From assembly GCA_965285935.1 (NCBI GenBank), contig OZ260667.1, forward strand, positions 17,298,001 to 17,362,000: 64,000 nt of DNA, read 5' to 3'. The notes beneath the pieces are model-generated. The model saw only the letters and a program-made list of their open reading frames with translations. It did not search any database and had not been told where the DNA came from. Below, one piece after another: positions 42,131 through 56,728 of this stretch (its first letter is position 1; the number at the start of each line of letters is the position of its first letter). A program made the translations under genes and the position numbers. Source of the DNA: Ophelia neglecta. Taxonomy: Eukaryota.

Positions 42131-45100
42131 TAAATATATACATGTATACTGGGGCCTGATTACTGTGTAAGGTATAGATTCTACCTAGAGTAAGAGATGT
42201 ACTAGTAGTTTCAGATTTTTAGTTTGCAATCCAGTTACCAGTGCAGCAAGGTTACCTTGGTAATGCCTGCTGGTTTGACCTGGTTCAGTATTTTCTCTGC
42301 CATTTTCTCCCACCTGAATCAAGTCAACTGAAAGCATCGAAAGGAAGATCAAAAGATGTAGAGACCTATCAGTGACTATTTATCTGTGGAACCAGACTTA
42401 TCGGATTGATTACCCATGGTCAATATTAATTAAATTCTGTAGGTGTCCAGTGGTATTCCTCTTTTTCATCTCTTTTCAGGTTCTCTCCCTTTACAGTGAA
42501 CATATTATTGGTATTTTGTTTGACTTCTTTGATATTGAAGTTTAGAACAAGAGCCTGACATATAATGCTGTCGGCATTCTCAGAAGCCTTACAAATTATA
42601 GACAATTATTCTCTCGCCACTCCCAGAGCTGTTATGCAGGGTGTGAAGGTGTAGATCACTGTGATTTTTCTTGTGAATTTTGTAGGCTGTTAAGACAGCT
42701 GATGTCCGTCTGTAGTCATTTGTGCTGAGGGAGATATCCTGAGTATTTAGATAGGGGAATGTTGAGATTCTTCACAGGGATGTCAGTGGAATTGTTCTCT
42801 TGTCCATCAGTGCCTAGTGAATATGGGTTGTTTTACACTTGGACATGACCTGAATGCCATCTATTCATAGAAAGAGCTTTGCCCTATACTCGAGTCCTCT
42901 CTACTCTCTTGGCAGATATTTTCTAAGGCAGGGATTTGTTTGCAATTACCCACCCAAGAAAAGGCTTTAGACTCTCTAACCCAAAAATAATTTTACTTGC
43001 ACACCCAAGTAGTCAAATGTACAAACTCCCAGAGCTGTTTGTTATGTATTAAAAAGTCATTGGATAAAATTGAAACTTGAAACCCACTTATATTCCTTGG
43101 ACCATTATTGTTAGTGTTTTCTGCCATTTACTGCCACAACTATAGGTTTTGTTTTATACAGGTTAAGGGACACTAAATTTTTAGTTTTGTGTATTTTCCA
43201 CATATCTGTGGAAGTCATGAAAGCCTCATGAGTTTTACTCTGGGGTAATTGTATTGAAGCCCAAGCCAATTTGAGCACTAAGTCAAGCTTAATTTGAGCT
43301 TGACTTAGTGCGAGGGCAGCTTCAGAGGAATTCATATAAAAAAGCAAAAATCGTTTTGGCCTTTAAATATTAGGTATGATTTTTATATGCACATACATGC
43401 AATCAGTTTACAGTAATTTATATAGAAATGAAGTTATTAGATTTCCATATCCATATTATTCATATGTGAACATAATGAGTTTACAGTAACATGCATTAAT
43501 TTAAAACCAAGAATAACATTTAATAATATTTGATGTGGCTTCTATTGGAACCATTCTCTGCACGTTTGGCCCACAAATTTCCCGCTAGCCAGAACTTTCA
43601 TTAGCCTATATAATGATATTTCTTTCAGCCTGCTGCAATTCTATTCATATCTTATCAATCTAGGATATTGAGTTTACCTGCTGTTAAAGCCAAATAGCTG
43701 CTGCTGTGGGCTATCATTCAACCAGGAGGCATAGTTTCAGCTATGAGTGTGTGTTCAGCTTTACTTGTGCGGGATGGCTGTCAAGATTGAGATTGTTCAA
43801 TGGATTGGGATTTTTATGAGCAATGATTGAGGTTTTCATGACCTTAGGTGCCAGAAGCATACCTCAGCGAAGATATTGATAGACTATATGAACATCAACA
43901 GCTGATGATGGTGGTGTTTTCAGAGTTTGAATCTCGATGGGGGCATATAAAAGACAATGTAGTGATCTTATAAATCTGTACAATGGGCTCGTTCAGCCTA
44001 TGCTGAGTGTGACAGGGGTTTCACCTGCTTCATCATTTTACTGACAGTTACCTTCATTATGGACCATAACCTCTTACCTAAACTCTTCAGTCCTGATTAC
44101 TACACCTGACTTACTAACTCCTGACTGAAAGCCACCTTAACATGGTAATTGATTTCCATATTTCCATTTTAGTTGTAAACTGTTTGGTGGATTCTATTTG
44201 GTTTAACAGCAATAAGTACATGTTGATCCCTTGTATGAAGTAGTTGACTACCTTTTCTTTATGCCCAAGTGCCAAAAGAAGCATTGGCAGTAATATAGAT
44301 TCTGTTCTACATATCCTCTTACAGACCATTGTCAAATACCTGCAGTGTCTCTCCTGAGCTGTGGGCAATTCATTGCCAGAATGTCTATAGTAGTCCGCTT
44401 AAAAAGGCAAGAGTGGGTTGGGCAAAGAAAATTGGACCACATGTCTTGTGATTGCTGCAAGTCAGTTTGGACAGTAAGGCTGAAGCAGGTCATGTAAAGG
44501 CCACCTTTCTGTCAGTTGTTCCGTAGTCATTTTCACAGCTTAGTGAGCCAAGAATTATGACTGAAATCTCCATCCTATAGAAGCATTCAAGTACAATGGC
44601 TTAAGGTTGGTGACTAGTATGTGCTGCCGAGGAAGCCATGACCTAATAGGACAATCATAAACTGAGGATACTACAACAATGATATTAAAACCAGTAAGGG
44701 CCATCCATGGTAATTAGGATATGTCACAGTTTAATGATATTAATGTTCCCCTTTCTACAGCTATTGCAAATTTTTTTACACAGGGTGAAAATTGGAACTC
44801 TCTGGAAACCAGTTTGATGATAAATGTGTTCTGACAGGCCATATTTTTGAGGAGCACATTGGGCCTGCCACTACCCAGTTGCCTTTGACATTGTTTTTCT
44901 CCTTGTACCTCAGTTCCACATATCCCTTGTCATCAGTGTATGATGTATTAGCTCATCCAAAAGCCACGTATAGGCCCATCATGTAGAACATTTCCATTAT
45001 AAATTGTCATTGAATTTAGGAAAGCTCAGCCTGAAGCCACTATTGGCTTATAAGCCAACCATCCACATTGAGTGATAGATGTTAGCACGGAGATTTGTTC

Positions 45101-48100
45101 AGTCTTAATACTGGCCAATAACACTGACCGTTTTCAAATTAATCAACATGCTCATGCCTCCAGCCATCATTGTTGAAGCATAGTTTGAAAATAATGGCAA
45201 TAAAGTGGGCGAGGCGACCAACACTTTTGGCAGTTGGGAGAGCAGGCCAAGGGATCCTGGTGGTTTAGGACTCAACAGGAATAAGAGCAGGAAAACATCC
45301 ATCTTTATGTGCAATAATGGGCTGCAGGCACAGCCAACAGGATGATTTAACTTGTTCCTTGCCCTGCCTAACTCGTTATTGTTTCCTATCTAGGAATCTT
45401 GGGCCCTCCAGGAGAAGTGTAAAATAAAAACTTACCATCCTGCTTGGCCTGATTGGGGGCAGACATATACACTTCATGAGCAATGTCAGGTTATTGTTGT
45501 CATAAAGGGCTTAAAGGACCTTTTTGCAAAAAACTGTGTTGTGAAGGTGTGCACTATAGTTGGTCATGGGATGTGCTGTTGTGGCAGAAACCCACTGGTG
45601 CTGCAGGAAATTACTCAGTGGCATTGCTGATATTTGTATCCTGCTCTGATAGGCTATTTTGCCCAAAGCTGCTGGCTGTATATTTAGGATCAGATCAGCT
45701 TCTGGTGCCTTAACTGATTTCCATTGAAACAAGATTGGCTGAAATATTGAAAAGGTCTACTGAATACTGACTAGTCATGTTATCAACATTTCGCAGAGGG
45801 TTTTTATTGTAATATTTGGCCTGCTCTACAGTGATCTACAAATTATTCTGAATAGCCATTTTGATTTGTCCAAACTGATTTTACTTGGAAAGATCAAGGC
45901 ATGTGTTGAAAGAGATTTTAATCTCATTTGTTTTTGCCAGGTATCAGGTGGCCTGCTGGTTGAGAATTGGGGGATATTATAATTGTCCTAACATTTTCTG
46001 TTCAGTCGCTTTCTGCTCAGTCGCAAAGGAACAAAATGAAATGGCAGAGTTTGCCTGAGAGAATATGCACTTAAAACTAAATACATAAAGCTTTTGTAGC
46101 TTATGCCGAGTTGCACCAAATCAGTAGCTGACGATGGTTACCCTTCCCTGGATTAAGGATGTTGATGGGAGTACTGTGATGGCAAGACAGGGAAGACCAA
46201 CCTCTTCTCTGACTTCAAATCTACTGGATGAAGAGATCATTGTGGGTTAATACCCCTCGAATTTAATTTGTCAAAGCAATGAAATGCCAATAATTGGCTA
46301 AGTATTCTCTTAGGAGATTTAATTAACCCCAAAGCCTCCCAATTCGTATATACGGAGGCAATGCCATCAAAATGATTGCCATTGGCCAGCAGGCGTTCTT
46401 CTTGGCCATATTCATCAGTGACTTGGTTAGGAGACTTTGTTTTATCCTGTTAATCCAACATAATTTCTAGGTTAGTTGACCTTTTGAAGCATGTACAGGC
46501 AGTTGTTTTTTATTGTCATGCAGGGGAAAGTAAACAAAAAGGATTGAGAAGTTTCTTATACAGGAGGTAAAAATTCCATCCCAAAGGACATATTATCGCT
46601 CAGCCAAATTCAATGATGATGATGTAGTTATGCTAGCCGGCGCACAATGCTACGAAGTCATCAACATTTCGGAACCCCCGGACATTCACTTTTACTATCT
46701 TCACTTATAAAAGCTCCTGTCCTTTTTCTTTACTCTCCCCCTGCAAGTATTGATGGAATCAAATGGCCTGTGGCAAAGACAACAAGAACACTGTTATGTA
46801 TACTTCTCTTTTGACTCTTATCCCCTGAACCAGCAGGGATCATCTTTGTAATGTTTTCATTTGGTAAGAGTGAACAGCTATTGCCGGTAGTATACCACAG
46901 CTTTTGGCTAAGCTAATGTTAGACTGTCCAACTTGAATGTAAAGTGGAGTTGAAATTATGGGTCGAGTCAACTGTGTTTAGTAAACAGGGAGCTGATTCC
47001 TCAGGCTAAGCTTTATGAGCTGTCTAGTTTGGCAGTCTGGAGCAAGGGAAGAGGTCAGGCAATTCCTTAAAATACTAGACTTTGATCGGTTCTCAAGCTG
47101 CTCTATCTTCCTTTGTAAATCCAATTTCTAGATAGCAATGCTGGCTTTATGTGGCAATTTGGGGCAATAGAATGGAAGTATCTCCCTTGCTTTACCGGCC
47201 TTCTGTCTGAGACCCAGGGGACCTTTGAGACATATTCTGATACCCTCTTAACTAAATGGAGATTCAGGCAGAACGTGCTAGGAAATCCAAAAGTCGCTTA
47301 TAAGCCAGGTATATCTAACACCATTCAGTGTCCACTTGATTTGCCAATATTTCTGAGTTTGCCAAGCTGTTGCAACTTAACCTCCTTTCTAGACCACTTG
47401 CTCATGCACTTTCCAGAGTCTCCAGTAAATCTCCAGAGGTTGGTGGCTCATTGATTGGGTGTCTGTGTATGTCTATACTGAGTGAGCAGCCATCTCACAT
47501 GCTCTCTGGTTTTCGAGTGCTCTCCTCTCTGGTCTGTCCTTTGTCTCAGGGAGAGGGGCTGATGAAATACAGCCAACTATTGACACCTGGATTGAGCTGC
47601 AGAGAGCTCAGACCAGTCATTTGATAGGCTTTCAAAATCGACCCTAATGCCTGCATTCCAAGGCCCTTTCCCCTATAAGCATGATTCTTGAAGTTAATGC
47701 AGATCAAAGCATATGGCTTGTTTGAACATTTCTCTGAGCACACACATGCTGATACACAAGTCATGAATAAATGTATTTTGTTGTTGCCATATTATCACTT
47801 TTGACTTTTAAGGGAATATTGGAAGAGGTTTCAGGATTTTCTCCTAATTGTTTTTTTATAGAGATGAGGTTTATATTAAATGCAGTTTGACAGATCATAG
47901 TAAAGACTGATATTATTCTGGCAAGTCAGATTGGTGAAGAACTATACAGAATTTACAGCAGTTTAGCCTGAACAACTATTCATTTGTAGTATTAATGTTA
48001 GGGTGTTTGTGGGTGTCACCATGGCCTGACAGATGTTCAGTCCCTTTCCTACATTAATCTGCCATAAAGGCATGCTCTGCACCTTCTTACCTGCTGCTAA

Positions 48101-51100
48101 CTCACAATAATATCTATAAATCTGCTGCAGCTGTGCTTAAACTGGAAACTGCTTAAACACAATGTAGGCCCATAATGAAAATGTGTAGTCATGTGATGTG
48201 CAAAAAGATGTACATTATGCCCAATTATGTGGCTCTGTCCTTGGATTGCCAGTAGGGATGTTCTAGGTTCCAGTGTCTTTAATGTACCCTGTGTTAACCA
48301 GGAGCTGGCCATACTGATTGTAATACGTATAGGGTTGGCTCAGGTCTGTGTCATTGAAACCCTTAACACTGCTAATTAGAAGCTGTTAGGTTGACCTATG
48401 CCTTGTCTTCTTCTTGCAAATGATATCTAATAATTTTTACTGCTGACACATACAATTTCCTTTTGCGTAATTGAATATATATGTCCCGTTAACTCAATCA
48501 TGTACTCAATTTTTGCCCCCATAAATGATTTAGACTTCAAAGTGCTTGGAGGTCTCACAGGATCAGGGGTTACAGTGGTGCATACTGGTACACCTTTCTG
48601 ACAGCCACACCATGCAGCAAAATTACATTTCCTAAACAAAACTTGATCCTAATTCAGTTAATTTTGCTCTTACACTGATTTCAAGTAAATTTAAAGCTGT
48701 TAATGAAATAAACCTTCAGTGATTTGCTGAAAGGGGCATTATATGCTGCTTTATGACCTGTAATAAATCAAATATTGCATCATCCTAATAATGTTAAGTT
48801 TTTTGCTTATAACTTTCTGTAATTAAATCCAGTCTGGATGTGCGAGTAATATGATGCAGTGTGAGGTGTGGCTACTAATCATAACTTTGTTATGTTGGAC
48901 TTTTCCCCACATGTTTTATGATGTCCTTAGGGCCTCTATTGCCAAGGCCTGTTGCATAAGTAAACAGATGACATCCGCTGCCACCTGTGGAAGTTTACAA
49001 TTATGCCATATAGCACTGCATTAGATTGTGTCATTTTATGCATTTTCTCTGTAAATTAATGTCCATCATTAAGAATTCAGTGGGTGCCTCTCAGGGAAGT
49101 GTACAAGATTCAATTAAGAGGGAGTAATATTATACAAGTAAGTAATTTCACTTCCATAGGGAGGAGGACTATTAGCAAAGTAAGTGCCACCTTGGTTCTG
49201 TAACCAGATAAATTATATTGGGCACATGTACATGTATATATATCCCTGTGCTCATGTCAAAACATTATCAATATCTGAATTTGGGGTGTGAACTTTTGTT
49301 ATTGGTTTGTGAATGTACAAGGGTCAAAATTGAGGCAGGCGAGCCTTGCAGGAGGCCACTTTAGTCATGTCCTTTGCATGAATGACCTTATAAAGGATAT
49401 TGAAAAATCAAGAATATTGCTTGTCATTGGTGAGGGGAGTTAAATCTTACCTCACAAGGCAAGAAGTTACTCTTCTTCTGAAAACCCGTTACCTTTCTTG
49501 TACACACAAGAATTTGGTTTCAAGGGACTTGCCAATTAAGGCGTCATGGTTCAGGCTTATAAGCATTTGCCTTTACAGTTAGCCAGTTCTCTACCAGTGA
49601 TTCCACAAGTCTTTTGGTTATTATGCGTGCCATATTTGAAATTCTTACCTCCAGAAGACCGCATTTATCTTTTTTATTCAAGTTTCTGTGATGCCTGTCG
49701 TAGCCAGCGATGTGCTGTCATATAATTTCTGTATATCCTAAGGAAACCATAATTTCATATTTAGGTCATATGGTCATCATTTCCTCAGTTGTTTTTGAGC
49801 AATTTTGCACTAATTTCCTGCATTTGTTGCTTTCCGGAGAGTTAACACATTTTTCATATCTCCGTCATGGAACCATCTGATATAATTATGACTTTTTCAT
49901 TATTCATATTGGTGCCTGGCATATTAATGATTGGCCTATTTGCAAGTACAGGTTAATTAAGTTACTATTTAAAAAAAATTGAATTCCTTTGTAGAAATAA
50001 TGACAGGGTGCCCCACAAATTCTGTGAACCTGTGCTACTTTATGATGAATCATATGCTCCAAACTGCATTCTGTGCCCTACTTATTGCATTGTGCACACT
50101 TATTTATGAAAAGTACCTTGCTCTCTGTCTTTCATGTAATTCTGCAAGAACTGAAAAATAGCAGTAATTTACTTTTGTTTTCCAAGAATTAAACTTCAAT
50201 CAACATACTAAGCAGTGTTTTCTTTTAAGGTCAGCTGTAAGAGATCTTAGATTGGTATTTCCTTAAAATGAAAACACTAAGTTAGCTACATAATTTCAAT
50301 AACTTTTCCTCACATGCTGCTATATGTTATGCCAACCATTAATTACATAAACCTAAGTGTTATTGAAATTGTCTGTATATACTGTATATGTCGTACTTGG
50401 TTTAAATATGTGACCCATAATCAACCAAACTTTGTACCTTCAGTTGTTAATAGCCTACAACCAACACACTGATAGGAGAAACTAGCAGTTTAAGGCAAAA
50501 ACAGTGTGGTCCCTAACTACATTATCTCCTCAGTGCACTGTGGAAATTTTTCTCTGCAATGATCAGAGACTTCAAAAGTTGCAGATATTTTTGGGCTAAA
50601 GTTTTCTCACTGCCTAATGTTGATAATTATTCTAATCTAATGTCTGGCACAGATCAGTCATAAGTAGGCTAACAGTTTCCATGTTCCCACCCTCAGGTTA
50701 TCATTGGCTCTTTAGCAAGTTTGCAATCTAGAAAGGTACAAAGAAGGTCATGCTATTCCTTTTTGCCACTCTCACATAAATCTTCTTAATGCACACTTAT
50801 GATATCAGAATAATACTGATAATTTCCTTTTCTATTATCTTACAAAGATATAAACATTACTGAGGCCAGCAACACTTGACAGCTTAAAATTTTCTGTCAT
50901 CAACATCAAATAGCAGACAACTCTAATCTCTATGGTTTGTAGATTAGATGCTTTCCAAATCTCCAGGAGATACTTTTAGAGCCATTCATGTCTTCCTTCT
51001 TGACCACACACCTAAGTAGTTTACCCTTAATTATTATTGTATACAGTTGCTAGTTAGCTGTGGCATATTCATTTGGCAATGTCAACATTCTGGGTTTCTG

Positions 51101-54100
51101 GCACTCACAACCTGGGCACAGAGCAGTTGGCCTCTAATTAAATTTTAATTGATCAGTGCACAAAGCTTTGTAGAATGATTATATCCGTTGTTCTGTCAGG
51201 AGAGTCTGGTTTTCTCGGTAGATGAAACAACCCGCCTCACCTCAAGTTATATATCACATCCAATTAGGACTTTGTTTTTTTCCTTTATCCAGATGTTGGC
51301 CTTTCATAGCTTATTACTATGAACAGATCCATTCTTGGAGTAGTGTAAGCTCTGACTGGTCATTTGACAGGTTGCTGTGCCCGTAAGCTGACAAGATCAG
51401 AGCCCCACATTGTTCCCATCTCAAGTATATCAGCCAGTCCTAGTTACTTATCACCTCCTGTGATATGGCTGTTTCCAGATGGTATATTAATTGCTTTGTG
51501 GCAATCATGGATGATCATACCATTCAAATGTTTCTAAAGATGTTAAGTTTATAGGGATTGATAAAACTAATTTATGCATACAATCATGTATGTATTAAAA
51601 AGTGTGAGAACCAACAATACAAGGCAGCACTGTCAAGACTCATCTAAACTGATGTGATCTCTGCAGGCTTCACGCTGCTGAAAAAGGCTTCTAACGAGCA
51701 CTTTAGGTCTAGACCTCCTGCCAAACATGAAACCTGTGGCATGTTTAGTAAAATCTGGTATCATGAGGCAAAGTTTACTTGGGTAAATTGGGTAGATTGG
51801 ATAAACTCAATATTACTGCTGGGAAAGGAGGAGCCAACATTGTTTAAAAAAAACGCTAGGCTGGCGATGGTAGATCTGTTGGTACCAAGCTATTTATCTT
51901 GGGCTTTTCACGCCTGGAGCTTTCAAGCAACATGCAGGTTATGAAATGATTAATCTTTCCCTTGACAGCCCTGTCAGGAGGGGCTCATTTCAGTCATAGC
52001 AGGCCATGATTCCTTGGAAATTCTAGTTTCAGCCTGTCTTCAAACCAGCATGATCACAGTAGAAGCCTTTGGTAATGGCACAGAATGGCATGTGCATGCA
52101 CATGCACACCTGTGCGGTGAAGACTGTGTATATCTTTAAAAAAAAGCTTTTGTTTGATATATGATAACTGCAGAGCAGAGTTATCTGAAGACCTGTTACA
52201 TTTGTCTAGCATCAATCCTTGATATAAGAAAACATACATTTAATGATCTGCACACTTGCAATATATTAAAATGCAATTCTAGTGTTGTGTAAATCATGCT
52301 CTTATTGCATTTTAATGGCATACTGTTTTTTGGTAGTAAATCCTAGGAAATGCTGGCCATTGCTTCTAATTAAGTTATATATCAGACAGATTCCATTTTT
52401 ATCAAGTACGTACAGATACAGCTGTAAACAGGAGCTCACAACTTCCAGGTTTTGTTTGTGGCTGCAGTGATGAAGGCCTTTTAAGACATACGTTTATGTA
52501 TCTGCAAGCTGTTCCCAGCTGGACTTGGGTGATCAGAACCAATTCCCTGACATTCTGGCATCCAGTGCCAAAAGATTATGAACGTTAAAAATGGCTTGCC
52601 ACTGCATAGTTACACTTTGAACTATTTTACCCACTGTCAGCCAACCATAAATCATTTAGGAATTGATTCAGTGTTGACTGGTGATGTTGATGACACTTTA
52701 TCCATTCAATAATTGTAAATGTAGTGATGAATTCCGTTAGGGTATTTAGGGTCATTATTCTCACTGTATTTTATGTGTTTGTATTCAGAGGGCCTGCTGC
52801 TTTCCAGCCTGCTCATGGTAGGTTCACTGCAGCCCGGTGGCCAGCTGGCCAGCAGGGTGAGATGTGATGTGGGTGTTTAAATGGGATGCCCTTTGCACTT
52901 CTGGCCACTGCCTGAACTGGGTAATATGGCCACAATACAATTTGCACTGAAGCTTTGAGCTGATTGCCTTTTTACTGCTGTTCTCTGTTCCAGGCATCTA
53001 GCCCACAATAATTCATTATTGTTGCCTTACAGTGTACATGAAGCCCCCTTCTGATTACCTGTTTCCTTCGGAGTGCCAAATTCTGTAATTTTCACACCAT
53101 TTGTCTTGCACATTGTTGTGTAATTGATTGTGAAAATGTTGCCACATTGATCCTCCAGAATTTTCTTGCCCAAACCAGTTATCTTAGCCCCTGGCCTCCC
53201 TATCCATTATCCTTTCCTCAATGGTCATTAGACAAAACAAGTTGCAAGTATGGCTCTTTCTGTAGTGATTTTTAAGCTCCTAGAATTTTTCTGCTCTACG
53301 ATTTACTCCCACACTTAATACCAACTGATTGATACCAGCCAATCATGCAATAAGCTGATAACAATTTGCTTGCATTTATGATGTTAAATAGGGAAGTGCC
53401 AAGTTCCGGTACTGTTATCACTGTTCATTTTCCTCTTCCTCCTTAAATCTCAGAATGGCTAGATGGGGTTTCTCTTCTTTCCTTATTTTTGTGGTGATAT
53501 ATGTAGGATTCTAAACTAGCTGAAGCCTATCCTGCAGTTTTGGATGTGGTGTTAAATCACCGTCATTGTAGTGTTTTTATCGTCTCTACCCATTTTGATT
53601 ATTCTCTGATCAAGTCTAATAGATGGTTGAATGGCTTTCTCTCTTCTTTTAGGAGTCCACTGCTTATGAACTTTATACCTGCACCAAAATTATATCCATC
53701 ATTTTTTGCCTATATAATGATTTGATTATGAAATGACTAACTATTGCTTAGAACTAAATTTAACTGCACATACTTCAGGCGATAACATAATGATTATGGA
53801 AGGACATTTAATTTTGTTACTGTACTATTATAAATTGTAACTTTCTTTATGAATTTTCTGCCCTTGGCTTTTTTATAACCTTGAATAGTTGAAAAGTGTG
53901 TAATTATATTGTCATCCAAAGTCATGTTTCTTTCTCATGCACACTGATCAAATTGGACTCTTCTTTGAAAGTCATGTTCCAAGTTCATGTTGCATAAAAG
54001 GAGGAAATTCATTACTGTCACATTTGTCAAATGAGGAGCAAGGATATTTAGACTCAATGATGCACTAATCTAGTTATACTCCTAGTCCTGCCTCTTATTA

Positions 54101-54527
54101 CGAATTGGATTTGATTCACAGGCAACCAAGTCCCTTTTGCTTAAGTTGAAAATGCCGTCAGAGAAATTCTATCTACCTGAGAATCAGAAAATGTGGACAT
54201 CCTACTGAAATAGGAATTCTTTAATTCACCATTTGCAAAGCATTGATTTGACAGTAATGGTGGTAAAGCACCTGCCCTTTATAGGCAATTTATCGTAATG
54301 GAACACCTAAGTGAATACATGAGTGAAAAATGGGTCATAAGATTGACTTTAGAACTAACTCAGAGTAGGCATCACTGGACTATGATGATAACACTGTTTT
54401 GTTGTATGTGAGGGTCAACACAGACAAAACTTCTTGGTCAGTTCTGATGGCACATGTATATGTGCATGCACATGTCTTTACAAGATATACCTTCAGTTAA
54501 TTAGCCTGTTATTGTTCCTGAACTCTT

Positions 54528-55799
54528 AACTAGCTTGATGTAACCTGAATACAGCAGCTTGTCATTGCCCTGCCCTCTGAACTAGCTTGATATAACCTGA
54601 ATACAGCAGCCAATCATTGCTTCTGACTCTGAACTAGCTTGACCTACCCTAAATACAACAACTGTTCATTGCTACTGACCTCTGAACTAGCTTGATATAC
54701 CGTAAATACAGCAGCTCAATCATTGCTTCTGTCTCTAAACTAGCTTGATATACCCTGAATACAGCAGCCCGTCATTGCCCTGCCCTCTAAACTAACTTGA
54801 TATACCCTGAATACAGCAGCCAATCATTGCTTCTGTCTCTAAACTAGCTTAATACACCCTGAATACAGCAGCCAGTCATTGCTTCTGACCTTTGAACTAG
54901 CTTGATATACCCTGAATACAGCAGCCAGTCATTGCCCTGCCCTCTAAACTAGCTTAAAACACCCTGAGTACAGCAGCGTGTCATTGCCCTGCCCTCTAAA
55001 CTAGCTTGATATACCCTGAATACAGCAGCCAGTCATTGCTTCTGACCTTTGAACTAGCTTGATATACCCTGAATACAGCAGCCAGTCATTGCCCTGCCCT
55101 CTAAACTAGCTTGAAACACCCTGAGTACAGCAGCGTGTCATTGCCCTGCCCTCTAAACTAGCTTGATACACCCTGAATACAGCAGCCAGTCATTGCTTCT
55201 GACCTTTGATCTAGCTTGATATACCATGAATACAGCAGCCAGTCATTGCCCTGCCCTCTAAACTAGCTTGAAACACCCTGAGTACAGCAGCGTGTCATTG
55301 CCCTGCCCTCTAAACTAGCTTGATATACCCTGAATACAGCAGCCAGTCATTGCTTCTGACCTTTGAACTAGCTTGATATGTATACCCTGAATTCAGCAGC
55401 CAGTCATTGCTTCTGACCTTTGATCTAGCTTGATATACCCTGAATACAGCAGCCAGTCATTGCTTCTGACCTTTGATCTAGCTTGATATACCCTGAATAC
55501 AGCAGCCCGTCATTGCTTCTGACCTTTGAACTAGCTTGATATACCCTGAATTCAGCAGCCAGTCATTGCTTCTGACCTTTGAACTAGCTTGATATACCCT
55601 GAATTCAGCAGCCAGTCATTGCTTCTGACCTTTGATCTAGCTTGATATACCCTGAATACAGCAGCCAGTCATTGCTTCTGACCTTTGAACTAGCTTGATA
55701 TACCCTGAATTCAGCAGCCAGTCATTGCTTCTGACCTTTGATCTAGCTTGATATACCCTGAATACAGCAGTGTGTCATTGCTTCCAACTCTAAACTAGC
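54528..55799. repeat. 52/53-bp minisatellite (~24 copies)
   Basis: Consensus aactagcttgatataccctgaatacagcagccagtcattgcttctgacctttg (53 nt; e.g. tgaatac at 55441 and 55494), with a 52-nt variant ending ccctgccctcta. Confidence 0.97.
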
Positions 55800-56707
55800 C
55801 TGCTTTAACAAGAAAGGGTTCAGCAACTGCCTTTTTACTGATAACAGTGCTATTCAGGGAAGCATATGTTTAAATAAGTTTCTTTGTATATAGTATACCC
55901 TTAGTTTTAATATTCACTATAAGATATATTCATACTGACATTGATAAGAAAAAACTGGAATTAACCATTAGCCCTTCATTGAAAAGGGAAATAATCAAGG
56001 AAGGTTACGAGCCCTTATTCAACATCATCTCACAAGTACTTGTATTCTTTATTTTCTCCCCTAATGTGAAGGTATTTGTAAGAACATTGATTTCCACCAA
56101 TATCTAAGGATTGTAATAATACACCATGAAGACAAAAATTTCCAGTCTTCTGTTAAAGCATTATATTTCCACCAACCGTTGGGTCGATGACACACAGACT
56201 GCTGATGATTGAAAGGTTATCGGCTCTATTTACTAATTTGCTTGCAAAGTTACTAGGAAAGCTAGACTCCTAATGATTAGTGGAATTTTGCTTTTCCCCT
56301 TGGACACCTCGGCTCAGTGAATGTCGTTAAAGAAGACAGTGTCATTGAAGAGGTTGTGCTTCAAGAACATGTCCCTCAGTTCTTACTAGGAGCACCAATT
56401 AATTGGATTTGTATTCACCTGCATGGGGCAAAAATATAGAATAAAAGCACACAGCTGCATACTGTGTTGTGGGCTGTATTAATTGAAGATTCTGTATATA
56501 TTTAGGCAAGATCTGCTATTCTCTTATGATAGTAATTAGAGCTTGTGTATGGCTGCTTAGAAAACATGTATGTGCAGAAGGTCTGTTTGAAACAAAAACC
56601 TATGCTATTAATATTAAAGTGTTTAAGCAGCAGAATGTCATATGGAGTCCATTGTAAGCAGATATCTTGTAGACAGAATATTCCTTATCCTGCTATCATT
56701 ATTGGTA

Positions 56708-56728
56708 GCCCCCCCCCCCCCCCCCCCC
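56708..56728. repeat. Poly-C tract (~20 nt)
   Basis: Homopolymer run. Similar G/C runs occur near 2063, 7339, 17192, 21719 and 29815. Confidence 0.9.

Noticed and set aside
54528-55799. Possible CRISPR array
   Set aside because: Units are head-to-tail with no unique spacers, no cas genes are present, and the context is a eukaryotic intron.
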